Shown here: piece by piece, positions 1 to 11,791 of the stretch
Layout of the letters: every line of letters starts with the position of its first letter
Position numbering within the stretch: the stretch's first letter is position 1
Source: Fistulifera solaris
Taxonomy: Eukaryota
Length of the DNA stretch: 53,113 bases
Reading direction: 5' to 3'
NCBI GenBank assembly: GCA_030295235.1
Contig: AP026180.1
Span: 248,001 to 301,113 of the forward strand
Translations under genes and position numbers: made by a program
The notes under the pieces: generated by a model
What the model was told of the DNA's origin: nothing
Database searches by the model: none
Seen by the model: the letters and a program-made list of their open reading frames with translations, nothing else

Positions 1-1310
1 GGCGGTCAATGGATTCCAACTCTTCGATATCTTCCGGAAGAAGTTCGTTATCTTGTAATGTCATCTTGGCAAGCAGGATTGCTGTTCGCTGATGATAGTT
101 TTCTTCGTGCAGCTTTGTAAGTACTGCCTCCTTGTATTCTCTACTTAGTTTCTTGTGCCGTGATATGATGGTTCGTGGCTTGACTTGAGTCGTTTACGTG
201 GAAACGGTCGTGTTGTAGATATTCGCGCAGGTCGATGTCCACAAACATCAGTCTGTGATCAGTAATCGATTCAAACTGTAGATATCCGCAAGCAGAAACG
301 AATGGCAGAACGTCGTGAGTTGCCAACATATAGTCGATTCTTCTTGTTCCTCTCTTGTGCGTCCCAAATTCTTCGTGGCACCCGTGTCTATAGACGTAGA
401 TATCGCACATTTCCGTATTCTGGACGAATCTCGTCAGCCATGAGTTCCGAGTCATCATGTCACTGTTTGCGTCAATAAATAGGACAATTCCGTGTCCTTC
501 CTGCTGTAGATCGATACATAACTTGGTAATACATTTTTCGAACCAGTCTCTTGGTGTCGGTTTCTGTAAAATTCGTGATTTCTCGGTTAGGAGACTTTGG
601 CGTTGCTTCCATGTAGTCTTTTCTCCAAGATCGTCGCTTCCCTGGCAAACTTGGTATGCGGTGATTATGGATAGATGTCGTTCTCCAGTCCCTTTGAGAG
701 TTTGAATACTCCATTGTCCTAATGATGATTCGTCTGCGCCATTTCGTGTAATATAGTTTTGCCATTTACCACCGATTAGTTGAAAAGTTCCTCCCGGTTG
801 ATAGTAATCTCCGAAAGCTCGATCACTGCAGCTGCACGTTGCTGTTACTTTTCGTTCCCATGCTGGTGAAATCATGTCTCTTACTTTGTATTTGGCTCCA
901 TTGTGGTTGAAATCCAAGTTTGTCTCGATGAGGCTGAGTCCGTCTACTTCTCTTCGGCCACCTGTAGTCCTATACTGACTGCCGCCGCAAAATTGTTGTA
1001 GTGAGATATGCCGTTTATGTTGCCGCCGTAATGTCGGTAATGGTTCTCTTCTTTTATTTGTATTGGGTCTCCTCGTTCGTGATTTTCTATGTTGGTCCCT
1101 GTGAGTTCATCGAGTGTTCTCTGGTGTAATTGTTCTGTCGTTGTTTGTTTACTTCTTGGTCGTTCGCTTTGTCTCTTGTTGTATGGGTGTCTTCTGTTTC
1201 TTGCTTCGTCTAGGTAATTTTCGATTGTTGGTTGCTGTGTGTTCACTTCCGGCTCAGAGGCCGTCGGAGGACCAATTAATGGTCCTCCTGAGTCCCCATG
1301 GGGACAGGTC
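1..1310 (-). mobile_element. 5' portion of a non-LTR retrotransposon with an apurinic endonuclease (APE) domain, possibly Ambal-like; runs off the left edge
   Basis: APE motifs appear in order across ORFs 944..1360 and 141..917: GNINGIS, (frameshift ~945) EVDGLSLIETNLDF, SIITAYQV, LFIDANSD, THKRGTRRIDY, TDHRLMFVD. A helical reading frame continues to position 1 after another shift near 150. Confidence 0.8.
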
Positions 1311-1820
1311 AAACAAAAAAAGGTTCCGTTTTGCGCTCTCTCACATCTGTCCATTGTCATTCAAGTGCGACTATAATTTTTAATTAAGGGTAAATAAAGT
1401 ACCAACAATGATGATTCTAAACCACTTGTTTTGAGTTTCTTTCTTTTACTTTTCACGTCAAAAACCCGAGAATCGACACCTCGAATTTTTACTATAAGAC
1501 GGAGTGTTAGTTTATGCCAGCCAAGACTGGATCGTACAGTAGTCATGAGTCATGAATCGAACAGCAAAGGGTTCCGTTGTGCGTCTTTCGCATCTGTCCG
1601 TTGTCATTCAACTGCGAGTATAATTTTTAATAAGGGTGAATAAAATTGCAACAATGATGATTCTGAACTAGTTGTAAAATGTTTCTTTTATTTTTCACGT
1701 CAAAACCCGAGGATCGACACCTTGAATTTCCACTATAAGACGGAGTGTTGGTTTACGACAGCCAAGACTGGATTGTACAGTAGTCATGAGTCATGAATCG
1801 AACAGCAAAGGGTTCCGTGT
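1311..1820. repeat. Tandem repeat, about 2 units of 241-248 bp
   Basis: GGTTCCGT recurs at 1322, 1570 and 1811; GTCATGAGTCATGAA recurs at 1542 and 1783. The same unit is present at 39344-39663. Confidence 0.9.
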
Positions 1821-2065
1821 TCGCATATTCGCATACTTTCCTCGAGACAGTCGTCCGCCGATCTTGCACCTCAAATTTGATACTTAGACAGAACCACGTT
1901 TTGCTTTTAACTCAGAATCCTTTCAACGTCTTTGACGGCGATCGTGCCAGAATGCAACCCTCTTTTCTTTCTTCCGCATCATACCTGCCTGGTACCTTAT
2001 TGCATCGCATCTCGCATCATTATACAGTGCTTTGCGAACGTTTATTTTCTACTGGTATCAATCAA

Positions 2066-3457
2066 ATGTGGACAAAAGGGATTGTGAATCTCTTGAGTGG
2101 TCTTTTGGGTACTATCAACCCGCCGGCGGTCGTGATTCCCCGAAGTCGAGATGTATTGAGTCGATGTCAAGGCGATTGCTTGCAATTTGACTGCGATGAA
2201 GGATTGCGATGTCAAGTACGTCAGGCGGGAGACCCTGTTCCGGGTTGCGTACTTACAGATGAGTTGCTGCAATCGGAGTATGCATTCTGTGTTGCTGTGA
2301 GGGGAGACACTGAAGAAGGCGACGATGATGCTACAGAAGAAACGCTCGAGCCTGTCGAACAAGGAACGGATAATCCAAGTGATCTTCCGAGCGATATGCC
2401 TTCTGATTTCCCTACTTCAACTCCAACACCTGCTCCCACTCGAGTAGCTACACAAGCTCCTACGACCGCAGCTACGTCGACGTCTACTTCCGGCTCTTTC
2501 ACACCTTCTCCTACCCTTCCTCGAACCGGTTTCACTGCGGCCCCCTCCGTCCCTCAAGTCGTTACGCCGACGGCATTACTGGGTGTTTGTCAGGGTGGAT
2601 GCTTTTCCGATACTGACTGTGAGCCAGGTTTGATTTGTTATCAGCGAACGACCAACAGAGGCGTCCCTTATTGTGTCTTGTTTCAAGAACAAACCGATCG
2701 ACGTGACAATTACTGCATTCCGGATCCCAACATACCTTCCGATGTGCAATACGGAGGTGTTTTAGCTACCACCGGTGTTGCAGGGCAACTAACGGAGTGT
2801 CAGGCGGACTGCAGTACCGATTTGGATTGCGTGGGCGACTTGGTGTGTTACCAAAGAGCCGCTTCGGATGGGGCCCCGGGTTGTAGTCTGGACCCGAACA
2901 TGCTGGCAAGTGATGCGGATATTTGTCTCAAAAATCCGACTTCCGGTCGACAAGACAACATTCCGACCGACACGAGCGTGTTTGCTCTCAAATTGTATTG
3001 GGAAGAGGGATTTGAATGGCAATTTGAAAGCTTTGAACGACTGTTTTGTTTAAACTGCTTTGGAAATTGCGAGGCCGGTGGTCAATTGTCGGTAACAAAC
3101 TGCTTTGATTTGCCACGGATGTGGACTTTGACGTCACAATCGACTGATGGATCGGCTTTGATCAAATTAAAGGACTATGACTTGTGCATGGAATGGAATG
3201 AAACATTCGTATCTCCGCCAGCTGCAACCTATTTGCAGCCCTGCAACGAGACCAATAATGCACAACGATTCTGGCCGGCCGAAGGAGGATCCTTTGCGGA
3301 TGACCGATTCGAAATTTCGCCGCGAACTCGTAGAGGGATGTGTCTGACACAAGAACACCACCCAATGACGAACGAAGTGGTTTACTTTGACTACTGTATT
3401 CGGCCGCAGTTATCTGATACTTCACTGTGGAATAAATACTTTCCGACTCAAGCATAA
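2066..3457 (+). CDS. Frustulin-like protein 1 (3 acidic Cys-rich repeats, Pro/Thr linker, Trp-rich C-terminal domain), intronless
   Basis: Repeats CQGDC, CQGGC..DTDC and CQADC..DLDC; a PT-rich linker; and a C-terminal FALKLYWEEG...SLWNKY domain. The start was placed at the ATG at 2066 because the upstream part of the ORF begins inside the repeat. Confidence 0.8.
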   Translation: MWTKGIVNLLSGLLGTINPPAVVIPRSRDVLSRCQGDCLQFDCDEGLRCQVRQAGDPVPGCVLTDELLQSEYAFCVAVRGDTEEGDDDATEETLEPVEQGTDNPSDLPSDMPSDFPTSTPTPAPTRVATQAPTTAATSTSTSGSFTPSPTLPRTGFTAAPSVPQVVTPTALLGVCQGGCFSDTDCEPGLICYQRTTNRGVPYCVLFQEQTDRRDNYCIPDPNIPSDVQYGGVLATTGVAGQLTECQADCSTDLDCVGDLVCYQRAASDGAPGCSLDPNMLASDADICLKNPTSGRQDNIPTDTSVFALKLYWEEGFEWQFESFERLFCLNCFGNCEAGGQLSVTNCFDLPRMWTLTSQSTDGSALIKLKDYDLCMEWNETFVSPPAATYLQPCNETNNAQRFWPAEGGSFADDRFEISPRTRRGMCLTQEHHPMTNEVVYFDYCIRPQLSDTSLWNKYFPTQA

Positions 3458-3775
3458 GCAGCCTCTTGGTGTCATCCTTGAATCATCATGCGTGGGCGGA
3501 TTGTGCAGCGGCTTCTCTGGATCACATCCGGGTCTATTCGGCGCGTAGTGTTGTGTGAAGTCCAATGCGTAAGGAGAAAGAAGGCTGCGTGTCTTTCACA
3601 TTTTTCCGAGCGCACGAGTAGGATTGTCTCGCAACCACGCTTTTTCCAGTGTTTCAGAGGGACGCAATGAATGCTTTATTCTTTCACAAAAACATGAACG
3701 ATTGTTATGATTTCCTATTGAATTGGAGTTTTTTTAAGAGAAGAATTAGTCTACTTGAGTCTTGCCGTTTCCGGA

Positions 3776-4772
3776 CTAAACTTTGTTCCAGTACGAAGTA
3801 GTACTTCTACGAGCGGTGGTACACGGTTCTATGTTTACAAACTCGTCGGTTTTAGGATGGTGGCGCTGGGTCATGCACCAGCCTTGGCGTTGCTTTGGTT
3901 GAATCTCGAAACGGCTATCACTAAAACTTCCACCGACTGCAGTAAAACGCTGCAATTGATTTTGGCTGTCACACCGCTCAAGCTCCAGATCTCTTCCTGA
4001 ATTTTTCTGAATACAGACACCTCTGTTTGCAACCTTTATCTGCACCTCATTAGGCCCATGCGGCACGAATTCCCACTGGGTCGGCGAATCAGCGCAGTCA
4101 TAGATAACAATTTCGTCTTTTATATGACAATTCCCTTGGCAGTTCAAGCACCATTTGCGTTCGATTGTCTCTTCCTGCCAGAAATACCCTTGATAGCAAC
4201 GGCATGAGCGAGGAATGACTGGAATAGACGATACCACCTGCATACGACTTACCTGGTTCCCAATACAATTTCAAGGCAAATGTGTCCTTATTGGTAGGTG
4301 GAGCTGCATCATCTTTTTTAACACAGAAATCGTAATCGGAACTAAAGAGCCCGCTGTCCAAGTCACAGCCAGGCGCACTCTGACCTCGACTACGTTGATG
4401 GCATCGTAAGCCTTCAGCACAGTCATCATCACTGTCGCAGTCACCTTGGCAAAGGCCTAGATTACTCACGTCGTTATTGCCGACGTAAGTAGCCTTTGTC
4501 AGACGTGCCGATGCTGCAACACAAAAATCAAACGGAGAGTTGCGTTGCTGCGTGGACAGTGTGCATCCTGGTGCCGGTTCTCCTATCTTTCTTTCCCAAC
4601 AAATGAGACCAGGTTGACAGTCCGCATCGGTGTTGCAGTCGCTTTTACAAAGACCGAGACTTCCTTTCTTTACTTGTAACCGACGTCGCAGTTGATGAAT
4701 CGGACCCTCATCGTCCCTGGCGAACGCGAAAGGCACGAATAGTGTTAACAGAGTGAAACTTTGATATTTCAT
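3776..4772 (-). CDS. Frustulin-like protein 2 (2 ACR repeats plus Trp-rich domain); intron 4189-4252
   Basis: Signal peptide, RRLQ, CKSDC and CQGDCD. The GT..AG intron joins YWEPG|YFWQ in frame. Confidence 0.88.
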
Positions 4773-5643
4773 GTTTTGTATGGAAATTATTTTTATGGAG
4801 AAAACTGACAGCTCACAATTTCGTCATCGCGAAGCGAAATTGTTTGTGATGGAGGCACGTTTGAATTTGAAGCCCTCGTGCACGATTGATTTGAGAAGTC
4901 ACGTTTACGAGTCTGGCTGGCGTCAATTACTTGCAAAGTAGTGAAAAAATTTGTACTAGTTTCACGTTTCTGTTCATTTCGGTAAAACGTTTTTTTAAAA
5001 AAATTCTCCACTGAAAAAAGGCCGCAACAAAAACGTAAATGCTCAAAAAGGAGTGAATTCGGAATATCAACAAATATTAGCTTTCCAGTCACCGAGTAAC
5101 CGCTTTCAACTGTATTTTTCAACTGCTTCCGAGAATGTCCTAAGTAAATTCCACTTATTAGCGGACACGAATGAGATGAATGATTTCAAATTTCAAACCA
5201 TGATTGAACTTAGGCTGGGAAAGAGGACGCAATGGCGCGAAGCGGAAGTTAGTTGTTAACACTTAAACTTCCAGTCCTTTTTTTTTATTATTTGATGCTG
5301 GCTAAAGCAACTTATCGGGTTCAGAGCTCTTTAATGAATTGTTTAGCATTATTAACTTGATGTTAGACTATGGTCAACAATTTACTCCGTAACATGTAAT
5401 TTTAAATTGAACCCGTATAAATATAAGGAACTCCTAGTATGGGCCCTAGCCAACAGCTAACGACAATCTTTTATTTGAATAAAAAGTTAAATCCAAATCC
5501 ACGTAGAACCTCTACAACATAATGCTTGCTATTCTAAACGAGTCTCTTAGAGACCAAAACAAAGTTAAGACATCACTGAAGAGATATACTTAGACAATCG
5601 ACAGTCTAATGCAGCAATGCTATTTCAGATTGAAGCCCCGAGC

Positions 5644-6522
5644 TTAGTATTTGTTCCAGTACGAGGTGTCGCCTCTGCGCGCTGTAGTACAGGGCTCAAT
5701 GTTCACCGCCTCGTTGGTACGGGGTGGTGCCTTTGCGTCATGCACCATCCGCGTCGCTGTTTCGGAGATACTTCGAAACGCCTGTCATTGAAACTGCCAC
5801 CGCTGGCGATGAAGCGCTGCTTTTGATTCGAACTATCGCACTTCTCAAGCTCCAAGTCGTTGCCGGCCTTTTCTTGAATGCAGACATCTCGATTGGCGAC
5901 CTTGATCTGTACTTCATTCGGACCGCGCGAGACGAATTGCCATTGCGTCGGCGAGTCGGCACAATCATAAATGGCGATTTCGCTGCCCGGGTTACAGCCA
6001 CCCTTACAATTTAGGCACCATTTGCGCTCCTTTTTCTCTTCTTGCCAATAATAGTCTGAATAAAAGCGAATGATTGAGCATATCCAGATGATATAATGTC
6101 GCGATGCACGGTTCTTCATTCATTCTTACCTGATTGCCAATACAATTTCAATGCAAAGAATTTCCACCCCCACCACCGCCTCCCGTTGGCGGCGAGCGAA
6201 CGGGTGATGCCGCAGGGGCAGGATTCGGCGAACCTCCTCGTGCTGCCACGCAGAAATCCGCCCTGGATTTGCGTTGGTTGCTCGTTAGAGAGCACCCAGG
6301 AGCACTGTCTCCTGCGTTTCTCTGGTGACAAACGAGATCTCCGCGACAAGAAGCATCATTGGAGCAGTCTCCTTCACACAGACCAAGGTTACTCGTTTTG
6401 CTCACTATCTTGGCGGCGGTCTGCAACTTTCGTAGAAACTGCTGTGAGTTTGTTTCCTCGTCATTGGCTAACGCAAAGGCCAAGAGAGACGAAAGAAGGA
6501 GGTTTTTCAGAATGAGTTTCAT
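5644..6522 (-). CDS. Frustulin-like protein 3 (1 ACR repeat, Pro-rich and poly-Gly linker, Trp-rich domain); intron 6056-6129; frameshifts ~6160 and ~5722
   Basis: Signal peptide MKLILKNLLL, RKLQ, CEGDC, GGGGGG, FALKLYWQS and TSYWNKY-stop. Confidence 0.82.
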
Positions 6523-6973
6523 GGCGGCGTTTTGTACAAGGAAGAAGGAAGGTAACAAGATATGACAGACAGGCGACGACCAAACCACAGAAGGATTAAA
6601 AATGAAATCTTTGTTCCGAGTTCCGAGGCTCTCAAATTATTTTGGATATCGCCTTACGGTCTTTCGTCTTTTGGTCTTCTGCATTGGCCGACTTACTTGG
6701 CTGTAATAATTGTTGTCGCAGTCACAATCTTCGACGAACCATAGTGTCAACGTGCTTCCTGTTTTCCGTTTGGCTTGCGCGATGAAGAACACAAGGATAA
6801 ATAGTAACGTCTTTAACGGTCCATCTATTCGTGGTTAGGCTTGCTTTAGAGTCGAAATTTCAAAAACGTATAAGTCTTTCAATTTACCGTGTATCCACAT
6901 ACGGTAAGCGGAAAAGAAAATTCGTCCGCACGCCCGCCACACCCAAAAGAACAATTGCCAAATAACCCAGCTA

Positions 6974-7501
6974 TCTATTTATAATAGCGCGCTGTGTCCG
7001 TGTGTGTGTGTGTGTGTGTGTGTCACGTCGGTCCCGGCTGTCTGGGTCCCGGGTTGAAGGTTCATTACTGGTAAGGTTACTGTACGTTCTCTCTTTGTAC
7101 GGAGTAATTAATTGGCTGTTTTCTGTTCTTCGTTCTCTGTTGTTTCTGTTCTTTGTTCTGCCGAGTACAGTATATCTCAAAGAAGATCTTCGAAATGTCT
7201 TTCTTCTTTCGATGGACCTGAAAGTGTATTCAGTCACGGACAACTTTATGTTGGTTTTTCCCGAAATGGGGATCCTAATCAAGTATTTGTCCATGCCAAT
7301 CAAGATGAATTCATGCATCTCCAAAACCAATTACCACAAGACCATTTTTTTACTCGAAATGTGGTCTACAAGGAGATTTTTCAATAAGAATTGCAATCTA
7401 AACTAAAAATACACTTACTGTTACACTACATTCACAAAACTACTTTATCGCCTACACCTCTTTCTTGCCCCCCGCAGGGGCTAGCCCGCGTAAGCGGCTA
7501 G
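6974..7501 (+). mobile_element. Non-autonomous Helitron-like element (~528 bp)
   Basis: A|TC 5' end (TCTATTTATAATAG) followed by (GT)n-TGTCACG; GC-rich hairpins at 7467-7501; CTAG|T 3' end; no target-site duplication; no credible ORF. Confidence 0.72.
7000..7023. repeat. (GT)n microsatellite inside the Helitron-like element
   Basis: About 12 GT units read directly. Confidence 0.95.
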
Positions 7502-7699
7502 TAAAGGATAATTACAAGCAACCAGCTAAGGGGTCTCCAAGCTGCCGAGTCGACTATCTTCGATGAACTACAAGGTCACGCGTTTGCATAAGTTCATTTC
7601 CAAGTAAGTTTCACAGTATTAAATCATTTTCAACTTAATAACACAAACATCACTGCTTATCGGTGATTTAACACGACTGTTTACGTCAACAAAAAACGC

Positions 7700-8968
7700 C
7701 TAATACTTGTTCCAGTAAGAGGTATTGCTGCCGTCTCGGCGTGCAGACACGCATGGTTCGAGATTTACCGACTCGTTCGCTCGAGGATGATGACGTTGGG
7801 TCATACACCAGCCCTGGCGTAGCTTCGGTGATACTTCAAACTTTAGGTCATTGAAGCTTCCTCCAAACGCGACGAAACGTTGGTTCTGATTATTACTGTC
7901 GCATTCGGCTAATTCCAAGTCGTTACCAGGGAACTCTTCAATGCAAATATTCAGATTGGCGACCTTAATCTGCACTTCATTCGGTCCGTGAGATACGAAT
8001 TCCCATCGGTCCGGCGAGCCTTCGCACTCCGTGATGGAAATCTCTTTTCCAGGGCGGCAACTTCCAGTGCATTCCAAACACCACCTTCGCTCAAACGGCT
8101 CATCTTGCCAGAAGTAATCTGTAGAGAAGCAAAACGATAAATGAGATATCACAACCAAAAAGACACAACTTTCGTAGATTCATTGTTCTTACGTGGTTCC
8201 CAGTGCATCTTTAGCAAAAACGAACTTCCCGAGGGAGTAGGCCGTACCGGGGAAGAAACTGGCGCGCGTACTGGAGGCGGAACCGGAGGAGTGGGACTAC
8301 CACCCGATGCAACGCAAAAATCATAGTCGGAATCAAGCATGCTTTGAGTAAAGCTGCATCCAGGTGCACCTTGGCCTCGGTTGCGCTGATGACAACGCAA
8401 TCCTGGAGCGCAATCGGCGTCACTATTTCATGAAAAAAATGAGAAAAAAGCCACAAGCGCCTGCAATCAAAAGAACAAGAGAGACGTACCTGTCGCAATC
8501 GCCTTGGCAAGCGCCTAAATTACTAACGTTATTATTTCCTACGTAAGTAGCTCTCGTGCCTCCCGTAGGAACTTGGACCGGAGCACGAACTGGAGCAGCT
8601 ACCGGTGTAGGAGCACGAACTGGAGTAGCTACCGGTGTTGGGGCACGCAAGGGTGCCCGAACCGGTGTAGCGACGGGGCCTCCAGGCCGAGCAATGCAGA
8701 AATCGGCTCGGCTATTGCGTAAGCTGCTCGACAAAGTGCATCCGGGGACGGAATCACCAGCATTTCTCTGAAAGCAAACTAGTCCGGTTTGACAGTCAGC
8801 ATTAGTCGAGCAGTCGCCTTCGCAGCGACCAAAGTTTCTGGTTTTATTGACGATACGAGCAGCGACTTGAAGATGCCGACGAACTTTTTGCACAGGCGTT
8901 TCTTTCTCGCTGGCGAGCGCCAAAGCGAGCAGAGGCATCGCCACAAAAGCCTTGAGAAGAAGTCTCAT
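7700..8968 (-). CDS. Frustulin-like protein 4 (2 ACR repeats, PVRAP repeats, Trp-rich domain); introns 8423-8489 and 8119-8192
   Basis: Signal peptide, RHLQ, CEGDC and CQGDCD|SDADC. Both GT..AG introns restore the frame, and the protein ends NTSYWNKY. Confidence 0.88.
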
Positions 8969-9799
8969 TGTTGCAGTGTCTTTGAAAGGTATGATGTCAA
9001 GATTTTCGAAAAAACAAGGAATGATCTTGATTTATTCACTTCTCGTTGTTGTTTATTACAAGTGCCCTCGTATTTTTTGCGTGCAGTTTTTCTCGATGTC
9101 GCGAGGTCGATACGTAGTAAATAATAATTGATGAGTCCGGACAGTTTTGTTCTTCGTTCCTACCACCAGGTACTTTAAACGGTATACTAATCATCTCAAT
9201 CCGTCAATTGCCGTACCGGTATCCGTTTTCCCTCCATCCACTTTTTTAGGATACGCGTGCGCCGGCCGAAGATCCTGGGCCTAAACTTGGAAATTGTTTA
9301 AGTACTTAACACAAAGCAGCGATGAAAGAAATCGTGGATGAGTTTCCGTTCCACTCATCAGCTCCAAGAAAACAATCACTAAAGTTCACTGTTGGGAAAA
9401 TTTCGATCTTATACAAATGTAAATCGACGTGACGTTGGCTTGTTCTTTAAACATAGTCTGCAGTACAAAAAAAGCTCATAAGGCCCATTATAAGCACGTG
9501 GTAACGGTTTTCACCACGTCATTTGGCCAGTCTATGGCGACATCGAGACTTTGTACAACAAGAAGGATAGTACATACACACGGAATTGGCCGTCGCTGGG
9601 TACCGGGTACCGTACCGTCGTACCGTAGCTATAGCATAGCTTCGTCACCCCAACCTTTCTAACCTTATACCTAATGGACTGAATAACAAAATCAACAACG
9701 TGCCGGCATTTCTGTGTAACGCAGTGTTGAAGACTGATACAAATATTGCTTTTCCAAAACTATACGGAGTACTTCTCAATCAATTTACTTTCCCTACAA

Positions 9800-10960
9800 T
9801 CAGTATTTGTTCCAGTAGGACGTGTTGCTTCCGTCGCGGCGTGCCGTCACGCATGGCTCAACGTTTACAGACTCATTATTCTTAGGGTGATGACGTTGGG
9901 TCATGCACCATCCTGGCGTTGCTTGGGTGATATCTCAAAGCGCCGATCATTGAAGCTACCACCAAACGCAACGAACCGCTGCTTTTGATTGCTGCTGTCA
10001 CAATCTGCGAGCTCCAAGTCGTTGCCAGGAAATTCTTCCACGCAAATATTTCGGTTTGCGACCTTGATTTGCACTTCATTCGGTCCGTGCGAAACGAATT
10101 CCCATTGAGTCGGCGAGTCATCACAATCGAAAATAGCGATTTCGCTGCCCGGGTTACATCGTCCGCGACAGCTCATGCACCATTTCCGCTCAAATGGTTC
10201 ATTTTGCCAATCGTATCCTTCATAAAGAGAAAGCGACGTGAGATGGTCGATTGGATGTAAAAGTATGAGCACTGATTTCATTATTCTTACCTGGCTCCCA
10301 GTACAGCTTTAGAGCAAAAGTATCTCCCGAAGGCGGAGAACGCACAGGCGCAGGAACAGGTGCTGCCGGACTTTGTCCGCCGTTTCCTCCGCCATTCGGC
10401 GAATCGTTTTGGACACAAAAGTCGTTATCTGAATTCATCAAGCTGCGACTCAAGATGCACCCGGGTACTTCCTGTCCTCGACTCCGTTGAAAGCACTTCA
10501 ATCCTCGTGCGCAATCGCTGTCTCTGTCACAATCAGATTCACAGAGACCAAGATTACTTACATTGTCGTTGCCGACATAAGATCCCCTTGTTTCCCCGGG
10601 GGATGTGGGCGGAACTTGAAACGGCGCAGCAACAGGAGTTGGAGGATTAACATCAGGCGAGTTACCCGCCACACAGAAGTCGACTCGAGACGCGAGAAGT
10701 CGATCTGACAAACTGCATCCTGGTGCGTCATCACCCGCGTCGCGCTTAAAGCAAGTGTAGCCTGAACGGCAGTCGGCATTGTTAACACAATGGCCTTCAC
10801 AAAGTCCGAGATTACCATTGTGGTTTCGACCAAAGTTACGTGCAGTTACTTGCAACTTGCGTCTCAAAAATTGCATAGAGCGCTCATCTGTTGGGTTTTC
10901 TGCCATGCTTGTAACCATTAGAAGCAATGGGAGCTTGAGTAAAAGCTGAAGGACTTTCAT
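9800..10960 (-). CDS. Frustulin-like protein 5 (2 ACR repeats plus Trp-rich domain); intron 10218-10290; frameshift ~9915
   Basis: Signal peptide MKVLQLLL, RKLQ, CEGHC, CESDCD, FALKLYWEPG|YDWQ; ends TSYWNKY. Confidence 0.85.
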
Positions 10961-11791
10961 GGCTTGCTTGCTTGCTTGCTTGACTGAGGAGACTTTTAAG
11001 CAATAAAAATACTTGTGCGAATCTTTTGGAAGACAACGATGAGCGATGAACTTCATTTTTGTTTGTTTGTGGGTGTGCGCGGTGTTCCGACTTCCGACTT
11101 ATTCCAATATTTCAATTGCCACGATCCCTCAGTTTCCGTTGATGAGAAAGATGAGAGACTGTTAGTACTAAGAGTCTAAAAACGGTTAAAGGAAATTCCC
11201 TATTCCTTTTTTCTTCTACAAAAGGCTTCATACTTTGTAGCTGATGGTTGTTCTTCGATAACTCTTCGAATACTTTGTGCATCATCTCCGAAAAACTGGC
11301 AGACTTGCAAACAACGAACTGTAGAGACTTTTGTAGTCGAAAAATCGTAAACGGAAAGAGGCCAATGACCAATGACCCAATGACCTCCCTACTCCCTATC
11401 AACATCTATATTAATGACCCACATATTTTGACGGACGAAGGACAAATCGACGGCACTCTTTTGACTTATGACGACGACACGACGACCAATGAACGATGCG
11501 AGACCATCCTGCGACAAACGGCGTCCTTGCTTTCCACATAAGATCTACATTCACATAAACAAAGATGCCGTCTTTATGGCAATTGTGAAAAATGACCGCT
11601 GGCTCGCACGCAAGCGACATGTAAAGCAAAGTGAATAGATTCTTTCGACAAGATAATCACGCAACAACGCCATCGACAAGTTTTTCTAAATGATATGATA
11701 TCCAAAGGATCGCCACAAAGGTCGTGCAGCTTCATTGACGAAAAGATCACAGCTCTTTTTCGCCTCACAAACCTTCCTACTTTTTCAAAAC

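Noticed and set aside
1278..1300. GDSGGPL trypsin-like active-site motif in ORF 944..1360
   Set aside because: There are no His or Asp catalytic motifs or protease context, and the peptide arises from the palindromic DNA at the LINE boundary.
1650..1670. C/D box-like ATGATGA..CTGA in the 242 bp repeat
   Set aside because: The boxes are adjacent with no room for a guide, and CTGA is not conserved in all units.
1793..2065. N-terminal extension of the 554 aa ORF
   Set aside because: It starts inside the tandem repeat and has no protein-like features; ATG 2066 is preferred.
6971..7406. ORFs inside the Helitron-like element
   Set aside because: They are short, overlap the microsatellite, and show no Rep or helicase motifs.
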